A DNA stretch of 64,000 nucleotides from Octopus vulgaris (Eukaryota): assembly GCA_951406725.2 (NCBI GenBank), contig OX597835.1:28582001-28646000 (forward strand). Reading direction: 5' to 3'. The stretch's first letter is position 1; the number at the start of each line of letters is the position of its first letter. Shown here one piece after another: positions 41,842-55,090 of this stretch. The notes beneath the pieces were generated by a model. It was not told the origin of the DNA. It made no database searches and saw only the letters and a list, made by a program, of their open reading frames with translations. A program made the position numbers and the translations under genes.

Positions 41842-41885
<44 letters not shown>

Positions 41886-42038
41886 CATATATACATACAT
41901 ACATATGTACATATTTATATACGCAGATATATAAACGCTCTTATTAGCATACATGTGTACATGGAATATATGCGTTGATGCAAGCATGTATGTACAAATG
42001 TGTATGTATGCATGAATGTTTATATGCATATATATATA

Positions 42039-42129
<91 letters not shown>

Positions 42130-42450
42130 ATACACATACACGCACACAAACATTCGTGTACATGTATATGTGCATGCGTATTCCAGTTTAGCAATACATA
42201 AATGAATTGTTTTGTGTAACTTACGTGTGTACGCAAGCGCGCGTGTGTGCGTGTGTGTGTGTATTTCAGTTTCAGGAATGTGCCTATGGTTAAGAAATTC
42301 TTTCCTCAGCTATGTGGATTCGGGATCAGTATCAGAGCCACTCGGTGGACCCGTTAGGCGAGTATCTTCCAATACAACCTCGGGTCGGCCAATAGCTATT
42401 ACGAGTGGATCTCCTGGATAGAAACTGAACTGAACCTGTACGTATGTATG

Positions 42451-42484
<34 letters not shown>

Positions 42485-42516
42485 CGTGTGTGTGTGTTTT
42501 GCAACCAACTTGCTTA

Positions 42517-42679
42517 GGCGCAGAAGTGGCTGTGTGGTAAGTAGCTTGTTTACCAACCACATCGTTCCGGGTTCAGTCCCACTGCGTGGCACCTTGGGCA
42601 AGTGTCTTCTACTATAGCCTCGGGCCGACCAAAGCCTTGTGAGTGGATTTGGTAGACGGAAACTGAAAGAAGCCCGTCG

Positions 42680-42716
<37 letters not shown>

Positions 42717-42930
42717 ATGTTTGTGTGTCTGTGTTTGTCCCCCTAGCATTGCTTGACAACCGATGCTGGTGTGTTTATGTCGCCGTCAATTGGGGGTTCG
42801 GCAAAAAGAGACCGATAGAATGAGTACTGGGCTTACAAAGAATAAGTCCCGGGGTCGATTTGCTCGATTAAAGGCGGTGCTCCAGCATGGCCGCAGTCAA
42901 AATGACTGAAACAAGTAAAAAAGAGAAAAA
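42517..42930 (+). mobile_element. SINE family A, full length (older head fragment at 42270-42440)
   Basis: Near-consensus copy. Confidence 0.92.
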
Positions 42931-43007
42931 ATATGCAAGTGTTACCAGTCGAGCCAGCAAGTGGAGGAGGCCATTAAGAGAGAATACGTGCTGTTTCGGG
43001 GCCTACC

Positions 43008-43303
43008 ACTCTTTTATTCTTTTGTTTGCTTCAGTCATTTGACTGCGGCCACGCTGGAGCACCAGCTTTAGTCCAACAAATCGACCCCAGGACTTATTCT
43101 TTGTGAAACCTGGTACTTATTCAGTTGGTCTCTGTTGACGAACAACTAACTTACGGAGACGCAAATAAACCAACATCAGATGTCAAGCGATAGAGGGGTG
43201 GGGCAAACACCGACACAAAGGCACACAATCATATAATATATATATATATATATATATATACAATGGGCTTCTTTCGGTTTCCGTCTACCAAATCCACTCA
43301 CAA
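43008..43303 (-). mobile_element. SINE family A lacking its head
   Basis: Fused directly to element F at about 43305. Confidence 0.85.
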
Positions 43304-43307
43304 CGCT

Positions 43308-43805
43308 ACCTATCCGATAAGGGTACACCAGGCACATGCATCACAACCATATGTGCGCGACATGGTGATCTCATAACAAGATAAACAGCGCATGACCTTG
43401 CAGGTGGGGCCCAGCTAGAAATTTCTTCAGGTCGAGTAGACTATCCCGCTCAAAAGGTCCCTGAATAAGGGTTGTTTGAGGATGTTGAACGAAACACCCA
43501 TGTTTCCAGAGGTGAATTATTCAAACTCCAAAGAATCCCTCTCAACACATGGCTATGATGCTCCCCCACAACTTCTGCTCGTGACCAGAGATGCACATAT
43601 CGTCAGCCACTAAGGGACATGCTCAACTGGTTAAAGTCAAACAACTGACAAGCAAATCTGTGATATTGAGCAGAATATTTGCTGTAGCTCATCTTTTAGA
43701 CCAAGACAAAACAATGTACATGATAACACTTCCAATCAGTTAAGATCAGAAACCATGAGAGCCACTGCCTGGTACTGCATTAGGGTATATATTATTATTA
43801 TTATG

Positions 43806-43856
<51 letters not shown>

Positions 43857-43998
43857 GAATGAGAGAGCAGTGCATGCCATCAAAGTGACACTGGGGTAAA
43901 ATATACGAAGCCCAGTATACCCATCATGACTACCCGTCTGATAAGGGTACACTAGGCACATGCATCACAACCATATGTGCACGAAATGGTGATCTTAT
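43308..43998 (-). mobile_element. Two head-to-tail element F units separated and bounded by (AAT)n
   Basis: 43308-43790 carries the 5' end; 43857-43998 carries the 3' end; GATAAGGGTACAC..GGCACATGCATCACAACCATATGTG is present in both. Confidence 0.85.
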
Positions 43999-44000
43999 AA

Positions 44001-44052
<52 letters not shown>

Positions 44053-44569
44053 ACAGTTGTTTGCTGTGCCTGCTTTTTACTTTATCGATTCTGAGTTAAC
44101 TCAGCCAACATTGTATTCTCTTTTTTTTGTTTTTGTTTTGGTAATTCCCCCACCCCCACCCCCACCCCTATAATGTCCCCTTCTCTATTCATAGGCCTCG
44201 TGGCAAATACAGCAATGATGATTTACAGACTGAGTAGAGTGATCGTCGACATTGAATTACAGTTAGTTGTTTGCGTCCTGATTTCAAAATCGTACCGAGG
44301 TCACCTGTTTGTTATTCATTTTCTCAGTAATCGATATTATAAAGTAGGAATCGATATATTCAGCCACACCCTTATGCACAATTAGAGGTGTTATGTCAAA
44401 GATAGAAAGTAGAATTGTACGCATATGTGCAGCCACACTTGTGTTTTGGATGGCCGACCGATGGCCTTGAATGTAGCTGCGGTATCTTAGATAGTTTTTT
44501 TTTAGTTTCTTATTTAATTTTGGTCAGATTTAACGCTGCCTATTGTTTCTTAGAGGGACAGGAGTGATA

Positions 44570-45115
44570 CCGGCGGTGTGAAATGAGAGCACAATTCCAC
44601 ATCGATTGAAGAAAAAGCTGAATTGCCGAGAAACTGGAATTTGTGCTTCAGTGCATAAGTTTTGGAAACTGTACAGAACTGGTTCATTAATTGTCTGTGA
44701 TATACAGTAGCAAAGGGAAAATTCTGTACAAACAGCAATTCCAAAGCGCAATTGACCAAAGGAAAACAATAAAATATGGTAAAGTGACTGAGCATGATCG
44801 AGTGATGATGGAATGGTTTCTACATCGTTGTGGTGACTCATCAGGATGCTTAATAACGAAGCAGGGTCATTTGTTCCATAAAGAATTTAAATTATACTCT
44901 TTTACTCTTTTACTTGTTTCAGTCATTTAACTGCGGCCATGCTGGAGCACCGCCTTTAATCGAGCAACTCAACCCCGGGACTTATTCGTTTGTAAGCCTA
45001 GTACTTATTCTATCGGTCTCTTTTGCCGAACCGCTAAGTAACGGGGACATAAACACACCAGCATCGGTTGTCAAGCAATGCTAGGGGGACAAACACAGAC
45101 ACACAAACACGCACA

Positions 45116-45163
<48 letters not shown>

Positions 45164-45950
45164 TACGACGGGCTTCTTTCAGTTTCCGTCTACCAAATCC
45201 ACTCACAAGGCTTTGGTCGGCCCGAGGCTATAGTAGAAGACACTTGCCCAAGGTGACACGCAGTGGGACTGAACCTGGAACCATGTGGTTAATGGCTACA
45301 AAAATTCACGAAGTTTTATGGAATTTTCATCAATAGTGTACAGAAAAAAGTGGTCTGCAAGTAAAAAAAAATGATCTGCTGAGCGTGTGTATGGATTTGC
45401 CAAGGTCGTAAGTGGTGTGCACTTCAGACCCCGATCTGGTGTATCATACAGATAAACCTGTATTATATCGATGCACATTAACAACATTAGACGGGAAAAT
45501 ACTGCGCTTAAATGCTGTAGGTTACGCTCAGACGTAGGCCATTGGCAAAAGGGAAAAAGTATATGTCACAGAGCCTTGAAAAGAATTACATTTTCTCTAG
45601 TAACACACCGTTCAAATAAGAATGATTGGATTACAACTGTAGTTATCATAAAATGATTTTAAAAGTCTTTTGTTCAAAATTCCTTTTATTCTGGACAGCT
45701 GTTCATCCTACCCTAAAGCTGAACTTATGTATCAGAAAAAAAAATGTTTATAAAGCGTATTTATCACTCAACTATACTTCATTTATCCTGTCCATCGAGA
45801 CCAAGAAATACTGAACTCTTTAAAGGCTCACTTTTTACGAGACTTGTATTAAATGCGGTGAACGCTGGATGTACTTATAAATCGTTAAACAATATAAAAA
45901 TGTTCTTTGATTCGTTGCTGAAGGATGATATAAAGTCGAAGCATCTACAC
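44570..45950 (+). pseudogene. Second pogo/Tigger (TIGD/Jerky-like) transposase remnant, interrupted by SINE A
   Basis: SIEEKAEL...RKTIKYGK.TEHDRVMMEWF...LFHKEFKL | WLQKF...PDLVYHTD...RSNKNDWIT...LLFLDSCS...YTSFI...DQEILNSLK; HTH and DDE_1 motifs in order. Confidence 0.78.
44895..45290 (-). mobile_element. SINE family A
   Basis: Near-consensus, 5' end clipped. Confidence 0.92.
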
Positions 45951-46240
45951 CAGTGGTTTTCAATCGGGGTCCACATGACTGTTGGGAGTTTATATAAGAT
46001 TTTGTTGTTAAAATTTTATTTGCTATAAACCGGTTACGGATTTTTGTCAGTGAACAGGTCGCGGTCTTAAAGCGACGAAAATATTTTGACAAATTAAACT
46101 TAAATGTTGAAGTGAATCGAACGGCTTTTGTGTGTTTCTTAAATGGCTTATAAACACCTTCCACGCTGCAATTGGTTATACTTCTACAACACACAAAATT
46201 GTTCAACTAATTTTTTTTTATATATACACTTCCTAATAAA
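45951..46240 (+). mobile_element. hAT MITE fragment related to 39641
   Basis: Starts CAGTGGTTTTCAATCGGGGTCCACATG...TATATAAGATTT; second TIR not found. Confidence 0.55.
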
Positions 46241-47254
46241 AAAAACGGATGTGGTTAACTTTCCTGTGACAGTTTAAGTGAGTTTGTAAGGGATGTAATC
46301 AAAGGAACAAAGCAACATACAGACTCTTACGGAACAAAAGCTACAGAAAATGTACAGAGGGAAAGATCGAAACACATAAACATATGGAGTAACTTCGCTC
46401 GGATGAAATGTTTAACAAGTTGGCCAAGAACAATACGTCCTGTTCTTTCAAAGTTCAGGTGCCCTGGATATCTTACCAACAACACCAAGAATTCAAGACG
46501 AAATGTTCAATTAAGAAACGAACAGCAACTCTGATAGTGTTCTGATTCTAAACTTCGCGGTTATCTTTAGAATTCCAGTAAAATTCAAAACTTTGCCAAT
46601 TGTTGATGAGTAATGCTTGCAGCATATTTTGTAATTACAGATATTAATAAAACTACATTTAATATTTCTTTAATGATCTTGTTTAATTAAAGCTATTTGA
46701 CTGATACCTGCACATATTCCGTACAATACTTTGCACAGTTCAGTATTGTTCAACTTGTGTTATTTATACCAAAGTACGGGTATCTCTGTTTTATTCAATT
46801 ATTTTGGTAAATTTGATATTCATTGAATTTAAAGTCCATGATACTTTAAAGACACAGTGGGGTGTGTATAATTGGTCACTTATAGTGTGTTGACAGAAGG
46901 TAATCACCTCGTGTTCAGTGAAACAGTTAATTAGGTAAGATTTTGAACGTAATGGTGCCGCTAATTCATTGTTGCACTTGTACGCATGCGCGCACGCATA
47001 CATTCCAGCATGTGAACAAACGAAGAAAACCCAACGCATTTAGCTGGAGTGTTCAGCACATAATAGCAAGTTGAATCCGCTCCACATTACTTAGTTTCGT
47101 AAGAGCAGAATGCACCCACATCCTTAAACATCCAGAGTTAGAGTGAGAAATTTTAATCGCTTCTAGATGAGAATATCTCGACCTTCATTGATCCCTTCAG
47201 GCAACGTTGATACTTTGACTAAGCAATGACAACAATTAATTCCTTGATATAAAA

Positions 47255-47639
47255 CTAGCAGTATCGCCCGGCGTTGCTCGGGTTTGTAAGGGAAATAACT
47301 ATAAAGCATTTTTAAAGAGTTATAGCCAAAAAATAGCAAAAAAATGCATTAAAAATGGAAAAAAAATTATGGTAATTTTTTTTTTAATCGTTGACTCATC
47401 GTAGACATTTTTAGAGAGTTACTTCCCTAATATAATAGCGAAAAAATGCATTAAAATGGAAAAAAATGATGGTAAATTATTTTTAAAATCGTAGACTCAT
47501 CGTAATACCCAGAAGGGCTCGATATAAATCACGACTATAAGATACCCGGATTTGGTTAAACTGCACCGCAAAATGTGGGAGTAGTTAGGAATCTAAATCG
47601 TAGGAGACAGACACACAACCTTACTTTTATATATAAAGA
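47255..47639 (-). mobile_element. Non-autonomous Helitron
   Basis: Element strand starts TCTTTATATAT and ends CCCGAGCAACGCCGGG hairpin + 8 nt + CTAG; inserted between A and T with no TSD; internal ~100-bp tandem duplication. Confidence 0.85.
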
Positions 47640-47984
47640 TATATTCTAGCGACAAAGACAATATTAATGCCGAGAGGTATTATTTATCCCTAATTAAACG
47701 TGGATGTTCAAATAAAACAAACTAAACTGCAGTAGTTACCACGAGAGAGACCCTCAAATTGGCTTTTGATGCAAAATGCAAACATGTTTATATCGCTAGC
47801 GTTGAATAATTGAAAAGCCTCTCCTGAAGCTTGAGGCAACACACTCACCCTCGTCTTATCTGCAGGCATACAGCTATTTTAAAGCAATGTGTCCTTCTAT
47901 ATTAAGGCATCATAGTGATTAGGCAACTATTTCTAGCTGGTCAAGACATTACATAGAGGCTCATTTGCTGACTTGTGATATTAA

Positions 47985-48360
47985 TTTCAAATTTTGGCAC
48001 AAGTCCAGGAATTTAGTGGGAGGGAGAAAGTCGATTACATCGACCTCTGTACTTAACCTGTGCTTATTTTATCGATCTCTAAGGGATGAAAGGCAACGTC
48101 AACCTCGAAGGAATTCGAAATGAGAACGTGAAGACGGATGAAATGCCGCTAAGCATTTCGTCCGGCGTGCTTACGATTCTACCAGCTCGCCGCCCTTGTC
48201 GGCATGTAATATTACTATTAGAGTTGTTCCACCGAGATCGACTTTGTCTTTCATCCTTTCGGGATCGATAAAATAAGTACCAGTTGGGCATTGGGGCCGA
48301 TGTAATCGACTTAACCCCCACCTCCGAAATTGCTGGCCTTGTGCTAAAACTTGAAACCAA
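47985..48360. mobile_element. Two SINE B copies, head-to-head
   Basis: Minus copy 47985-48196; plus partial copy 48225-48360. Confidence 0.8.
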
Positions 48361-48621
48361 CATTGTTATTTCAGTGTTGGTTGTTGTACTGTTGGCTAAA
48401 TCTTGTTGATGTTGAACCCAAGTTCAACACTTTCTAATAGAATTAGATTTACAATGAAAGACGCTCCAGTCGTGACTGTTCCATTGTTTTATTGCTCTTT
48501 AACGTGTCCTGTCTTTTCTAGAAGTGATAGCTATGATTCAAAGAAAATATAGTTTCTGTTTTTAGCAGTTCCAGCGATTCATTCGCGCATAGCTCTTGTT
48601 GAAGCCCCCTCAACTGCTGTG

Positions 48622-48669
<48 letters not shown>

Positions 48670-48688
48670 TGTTGTTGTTGTTGTTGTT

Positions 48689-49055
48689 GGCACTTCGTCG
48701 GTTACAACGACGAGGTTTCCAGTTGATCCGATTCAACGGAACAGTCTGCTTGTGAAATTAACGTGCAAGTGGCTGAGCACTCCTCAGACACGTATACCCT
48801 TAACGTAGTTCTCCGGGAGATTCAGCGTGACACAGAGTGTGACAAGGCCGGCCCTTTCAGATACAGGTACAACAGAAACAGGAAGAGAGAGTGAGAGAAA
48901 GTTGTGGTGGAAGAGCACAGCAGGGTTCGCCACACCCCTCGTGCAGGAGACTCGTGGAGCCTTAGGTGTTTTTCGCTCAATAAACACTCACAACGCCCAC
49001 TCCCGGTCTGGGAATCGAAACCACGATCCTACAACCTCGAGTCCGCTGGGCCATT
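48689..49055 (-). mobile_element. SINE family C with (CAA)n tail
   Basis: Reverse complement of 37965-38347. Confidence 0.85.
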
Positions 49056-49169
49056 CCAGAGAAGTAGTAGTAGTAACATTACTAATACTATTGATTTTAT
49101 TTTTGTTGGTGATGATTGTGGTGATGGTGTTACTGGTAATGGTATTGGTGGTGGCAAAGGTGCTGATAG

Positions 49170-49204
49170 CCGCAGTAGTGGGTTTGGTAGTAGTAGTAGT
49201 AGTG

Positions 49205-49259
<55 letters not shown>

Positions 49260-49273
49260 TAGTAGTAGTAGTA

Positions 49274-49321
<48 letters not shown>
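49170..49321. repeat. (TAG)n microsatellite
   Basis: Direct reading. Confidence 0.95.
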
Positions 49322-49322
<1 letters not shown>

Positions 49323-49779
49323 AAAACGTTTGGCAACAAGTCAGTGCTGATCATGCAGAGAAATATAACGAAAGGCTTCCCAGCCGTGACTATCTCGTCA
49401 TTTGTGTATTGAAGGGATGCATTCCAACGTTGTACATCCGAATAAGAAGCAACAGGGGTGGAAACGGGGTATTGATGTAGGGCGGAGTCGAGATGTCTGT
49501 TGTTGTTGTTGTTGTTGTATATAGCCCCAGGTTAACATTGATCAACGCGTACACGTAGTCGAAGACATGCATCCCGGCTCGCCGTGACCAACACGCTGTC
49601 TTTTATTTGGGAATACATTATCGAATATTTTTGTTTTAAACGCCGTATGGTATATGGTTTGAAGATTTGACTGTTGTTTCTAGCAGTTGTTATGTGGTGA
49701 AGGCCAAAACCAGAGTTATTTTGGTATCACAGAAATAACAGATGAGCGCATAGCAGTAAGAACAACAATAACCACCGGG

Positions 49780-49921
49780 GTAGATAGAAAGAAAATGAGA
49801 GAGAACGAGAGAAAGAGAGAGAGAGGGAGAGAGAGAGAGAGAGAGAGAGTGAAGACCAGAGGAAAACATAAGAGAGAGAGAGAGTAATGCAGCGAAAGAG
49901 AGATATATATAATGCAGTGAG

Positions 49922-49963
<42 letters not shown>

Positions 49964-50022
49964 GAGAGAAGGGGAGAGAAAGGGGAAAGACAAGAAAGGA
50001 ACAAGAGAGAAAAAGATAATAC

Positions 50023-50099
<77 letters not shown>

Positions 50100-50450
50100 A
50101 AATACAAGAGAAAGAGGGAAAGGCAAAGAAGGTGGGGGTGGGTGGGCAAAAATGAGAAACAGTAAGCGAGAGAAAAAGAGAGAGAGACATAATACAGAGA
50201 TAGATAGATAGATAGATAGATAGAGGGAGAGAGAGAGAGAGAGAGAGAGAAAAAAAGACAGAGAGCTGAGCTGGAGAAATAGAGAAAGAAGGAAAAGGAC
50301 TTGAGAGATAGGGAGGCAAAGAGAAAGAAATAGAAAAAAGAATGAGACAATGAGGAAAAGAAGAAGAGGATGAGATGGAGAGAGAGGGATGGGGAGTAAG
50401 AGGAGGAGTGAAAGAAAAGCAGGAGGAGTGGAATGAGGAGAAAAAGAACG
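49780..50450. repeat. Polypurine (GA)n/(GATA)n tract
   Basis: Direct reading. Confidence 0.9.
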
Positions 50451-50676
50451 AGCTTCAAGTACTTTTTCTTTCCTTCTTTCTTTCTTTCTTTCTTTGTTTA
50501 TATCCTTCAAGGTGAATGTTGATTCATTTGCGTACACTTTGATTATCACGGCACATATGTAAACACAAATGGTACTACGATCTGCTAGAAATAGTAGTGA
50601 AAATGTCCCTTTAAATCAAACTGCACCGTTTGAAAAATACAGGAGAAAAAGGAATGTGGTAGTACAAGACAAACTA

Positions 50677-51250
50677 TTCTTTTCTACTCTAGGAACAAGA
50701 CCCGTAATTTTTTGGTGGGGAGGGGGGGGGCAGTCGATTGCATCGACCCCAGTGCACAACTGGTACTTAATTTATCGACCCCGAAAGGCTGAAAGGCAAA
50801 GTCGACTTCGGCAGAATTTGAACTCAGAACGTAGCGGCAGACGAAATGCCTATTTCTTTACTACCCACAAGGGGCTAAATACAAAGGATACAGACAAGAA
50901 CAGACAAAAGGATTAAATCGATTACATCGACCCCAGTGCGTAACTGGTACTTATTTAATTGACCCCGAGAGGATGAAAGGCAAAGTCGACCTCGGCGGAA
51001 TTTGAACTCAGAACGTAACGGCAGACGAAATAATTATTTCTTTACTACCCACAAGGGCTAAACAGAGAGGACAAACGGATTAAGTCGATTATATCGACCC
51101 CAGTGTGTAACTGGTACTTATTTAATCGACCCCGAAAGGATGAAAGGCAAAGTCGACCTCGGCGGAATTTGAAATCCGAACGTAGCGGCAGACGAAATAC
51201 CGCTAAGCATTTCGCCCGGCGCGTTAACGTTTCTGCCAGCTCGCCGCCTT
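50677..51250 (-). mobile_element. SINE family B trimer (tail 1, tail 1, tail 2)
   Basis: One head, three bodies; both junctions AAAGAAATA|(GG)(T/C)ATTTCG. Confidence 0.9.
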
Positions 51251-51929
51251 CTGAAGACAAAGTTCTTTCTTTCACTCCCTCACACGTCCACGCGTCCACA
51301 CACGCACACACACACGCAAACTGGCACACCCATTCTCTCTGTCTCTCTCGTTGTTTCAATATCCCTTTCTATTCTAAAGCACAAGGCCTGAAATTTCGGT
51401 TGAGGGGACCAGTCGATCAGTTCGTCCCCAGTACGCAACTGGTACATAATCTATCGACCCCGAAAGTGTGCTAACGTTTCTACCAGCTCGCTGCTTTCTG
51501 GTTGTTTCATTATTGTCCACCAAACGAGCTCTTACGTAAAACCCGCCAAATTTAAAAACTGTCAGTACTCAACCGGACATAGAAAAAGGAAACAAAAAGT
51601 AAGAAAAAACAAAAGAAAGAATAACAATAAGACGGCCGCGGGGCGATAATGATGGAAGATGAAAGAGTCAGCGCTTAACCGGATCTGTTCCTACATCCCA
51701 TAACAGTTACAATAATCGAACATCGAACGTGGGTGTTGCAGTCAAGTTTTTGTCAATCGGCGTCGATTTTGGGTCGGGCCCAACTGACAACATTTCCAAT
51801 CCTGCTGAATCTATCATGAACCGGCGATGCCCTTAACTAACGCTGCCAAGCCAGACAATGAGACAATGAAAACTCACGTCTGTAGCGAAGACGACAACAA
51901 CAGCAAGAACAGGAACGAGAATAGAATGG

Positions 51930-52250
51930 TGTGGTGGTGTGGTAAGAAGCTTGTTTCCCAACCACATAGTTCCTGTTTCAGTCCCAACTGTACGGTGTCT
52001 TGGGCAAGTGTCTATAGTAGAATGGTCGACCAGAGCCTTGTGAGTGGATTTGGTAGACAAAAACTGAAAGAAGCCCGTTGTATGTATATATGTATGTGTG
52101 TATGTATATGTGTGTGTCTTTGTGCCTGTGTATGTCCCCCACCTCCACCGCTTGCCAACAGTTGTTAGTGTGCTTACGTCCCTGTAACCTAGCGGTTCGG
52201 CAAAAGAAACCGATAGAATAAATAATAGGCTTTTAACAATAAGTACTGGG
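51930..52250 (+). mobile_element. SINE family A (diverged)
   Basis: GCCTTGTGAGTGGATTTGGTAGAC core and 3' domain. Confidence 0.8.
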
Positions 52251-52284
52251 TGTGTATGTATATATGTATGTGTGTATGTGTATG

Positions 52285-52745
52285 CACGTTTTTTCTTTTT
52301 GCTCAAAAAGCAAAAAGCAAGGCCATGTAGGGGGACATGGAGTTATGTACAGGGTGGTGTTCATGTAAAGAGTTCAGGCCACTTGTGGTCAAAGGAGACT
52401 TTGAACCGAGCGGTCGTCGGCATCCTCACCATCTCGTCCGGCAGCTTATTCCACGGATCCGCAACCCGGACGGAGAAAGCCCCTCTCCTTCGATTGAGAT
52501 GAAATCGTCGCAGATAGAGCTTTTCGGAATGACCCCGCAGCCGACGCTCTGGAGCAGGAGTGGAGAACAGCTCTTTCGAGAGGTTACACTTTCCGCTTAT
52601 GATGTTGTGAACAAGAATGAGATCACCACGGCGCCGTCGTTTTTCTAGAGAATAAAGGTCGAGCGTCTTCAGCCTTTCTTCATAAGACAAATTCTTGAGA
52701 CCAAGAACCATGCGGGTAGCCAGCTTCTGGACTCTTTCGATGCTG
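52285..52745 (-). mobile_element. 5'-truncated CR1-clade LINE (ORF2 C-terminus + short 3' UTR)
   Basis: Open frame IERVQKLATRMV.GLKNLSYEERLKTLDLYSLEKRRRRGDLI...RGH..KL...FSVRV...WNKLP is the canonical CR1 C-terminus. Confidence 0.92.
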
Positions 52746-53310
52746 TATGTCTTTGGTACATGTATGTATATATGTACATATGTACATGTATGTATGAGCA
52801 TGTATGCACGTATGTATGTATGTGTTTGTATATATGTTTGCATATATGCTTGTATATATGCATGCATGTATGTATGTATAGAGTGTTTGAAAGGGTGTAC
52901 AGATATTGTATATTAAGAAGGACGCAGTCAGAATTTTGGATAACTCGTAGAAAATGTCTTCCGCCTTATGTATAAATCGAAAGGAGGAATGGAGGGAGGA
53001 GAGGGAAAGAGAGAGATAAGATAGAGTGACAAGAAATCATTGTTCTTGGGATGGTCTTTGACTAACACGTACATACATCCATCCATACATACATTCACAC
53101 ACACACACACACACATTCATGTACGTATACATATTTCTTCTGACTCTACGTCCTGTGTTCAAATTCCACAGAGGTCAGCTTATTCTTTCTTTCTAAAGTA
53201 CAAGTGAAGTTCTGGAGTTAACTGTATCAACTAGCATCTTGCCGCTCAAAATTCATGGCCTTGTGCCTCTATAAGAAACAATTATTATTATTATTATTAT
53301 TATTATTATT

Positions 53311-53388
<78 letters not shown>

Positions 53389-53389
53389 T

Positions 53390-54192
53390 TTATTCATATA
53401 CACAACGGATCAGACTGTTGGAAAAGAAAAAAATCCTAACATCGGGCTACAACAAATAACTTTAGATGCCATGAACCCTCCTAAGTATCCTAGCTGTTCC
53501 TAATAACACTGTTTTCTGGAGCTGTACGAAATTGGATTTTACTCCTATTTCCTCTATCCTTTTGTTCAAATCTTTAGGGATAGCTCCTAATGCATCTATA
53601 AATAATTTCTATAGTTTTTGTAATTCAATAGCTAGGTCCTGGTAATTTGCTATTTTGGCGTTTACCCAATTAGTCCTTAATGCTTGATCTTGTGCTGCTA
53701 CTAACAACCTTATCTCCTTTTTTAGCCTTCCTTTCTGCAACCATAACCATGTCTCACTAAAGCTGTTTGCTGCGTCTATCTTTAGGAATCTTCTATGCAA
53801 AGCCCTCTCTTGCCAGTGAGATAACTTTTGTTCTTTTTTCTGGTTTTTAACTTCATTTGTTTTGTTTTTTTAGTTTCTTTATATCATGCTGTGACTCTAG
53901 CAGCTTTTAATAAACTTTCTTCACTATTACCTACACAGGAGTCTATATCTACTCAAGCCAACTCCACGCAGTCTTCTACTGATATGAACCCTCTTCCACC
54001 TTCCTCTGTCGATAAGTATAATCTTACTCCTCCTGCTCTTGGGCGGAGTCCTCCATTCATATTGAATTCCTTCCTAGTTATTCTGTTGAGCTTTGCTAAT
54101 CCAGTTTTTGTCCAATCTAAAAAAGCTGCTGAGTATTTAAGTAATGAAACTACCCAAGTATTTATAGCCTTCACTATATTATGACCATAATT
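53390..54192 (-). mobile_element. R4/Dong-like non-LTR retrotransposon, 5'-truncated and internally deleted
   Basis: KAINTW..SLLKYSA...RLYL...GGRG (RT thumb), WL.KG.LK...AAQDQALRTN, YQDLA.EL...ALGAIPK...LQKTVLLGTARILRR; AAT/ATT arrays on both sides. Confidence 0.88.
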
Positions 54193-54222
54193 ACCATTAT
54201 TATTATTATTATTATTATTATT

Positions 54223-55090
54223 AAGGCGGCGAGCTGGCAGAAACGTTAGCACGCCGAGCGAATTGCTCAGCGGTATTTCGTCTGCCGTTACCTTCTGAGT
54301 TCAAATTCCGCCGAGGTCGACTTTGCCTTTCATCCTTTCGGGGTTGATAAATTAAGTACCAGTTACGCACTGGAGTCGATATAATCGACTTATTCCTTTT
54401 GTTTGTCCTTCTTTGTTCCCTCTGTGTTTAGCCCCTTTTGGGTAGTAAAGAAATACGTATTTAGTCTGCTGCTACGTTCTGAGTTCAAATTCAGCCGAGG
54501 TCGACTTTACCTTTCATCCTCTCGGTGTCGATAAATTATGCACCAGTGGGGAACAAAGTAATCGACACAACCCCTCCCACAAAATGGCTGCTCTTGTGGC
54601 AAAATTTGAAAACAAATTTTATTATCATTATTATTAAAGAAATCATCATTATTATTATTATTATTATTATTACTACTACTACTACTACTAGTAGTAGTAG
54701 TAGTACTAGTAGTCGTTAAGCGACGAGCTGACAGAATCATTAGCATGCTAACCTAAGTGCTTAGTGGCATTTCGTCCATCTTTGCGTTCTGAGTTCAAAT
54801 TCCGCCGAGGTCGATTTTGCTTTTCATACTTCCTTGTTCGATGAAACAATTGCCAGCCGAGTACTTGGGTCGATGTAATCAATTTTCCCCTCCCACTAGA
54901 AAAACTGCTGGCTCTGTGCCAAAATCGGACAAAAACTAATTAACGGCATTTCTTTCGTGTTTATATTCTGAGTTCAAATTCGGCCGAGGTCCCCTTTGCT
55001 TGTCATCCTTTCGGGGTTGGGTCGATGTAAATGACTTAGATCTACCACTACACCAACACCTGCAAAATTACCGGCCATGTGCTGAGATTA
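54223..55090 (+). mobile_element. SINE family B cluster (dimer 54223-54610 plus two older copies)
   Basis: GTTCTGAGTTCAAATTC..CCGAGGTC motif four times. Confidence 0.85.

Noticed and set aside
50677-51250. CRISPR-like or satellite periodicity
   Set aside because: Units are ~190-bp SINE bodies with no unique spacers; eukaryotic context
52746-52867. N-terminal part of the 168-aa ORF as a start for the CR1 protein
   Set aside because: It is (TACA)n microsatellite fused in frame to a truncated LINE
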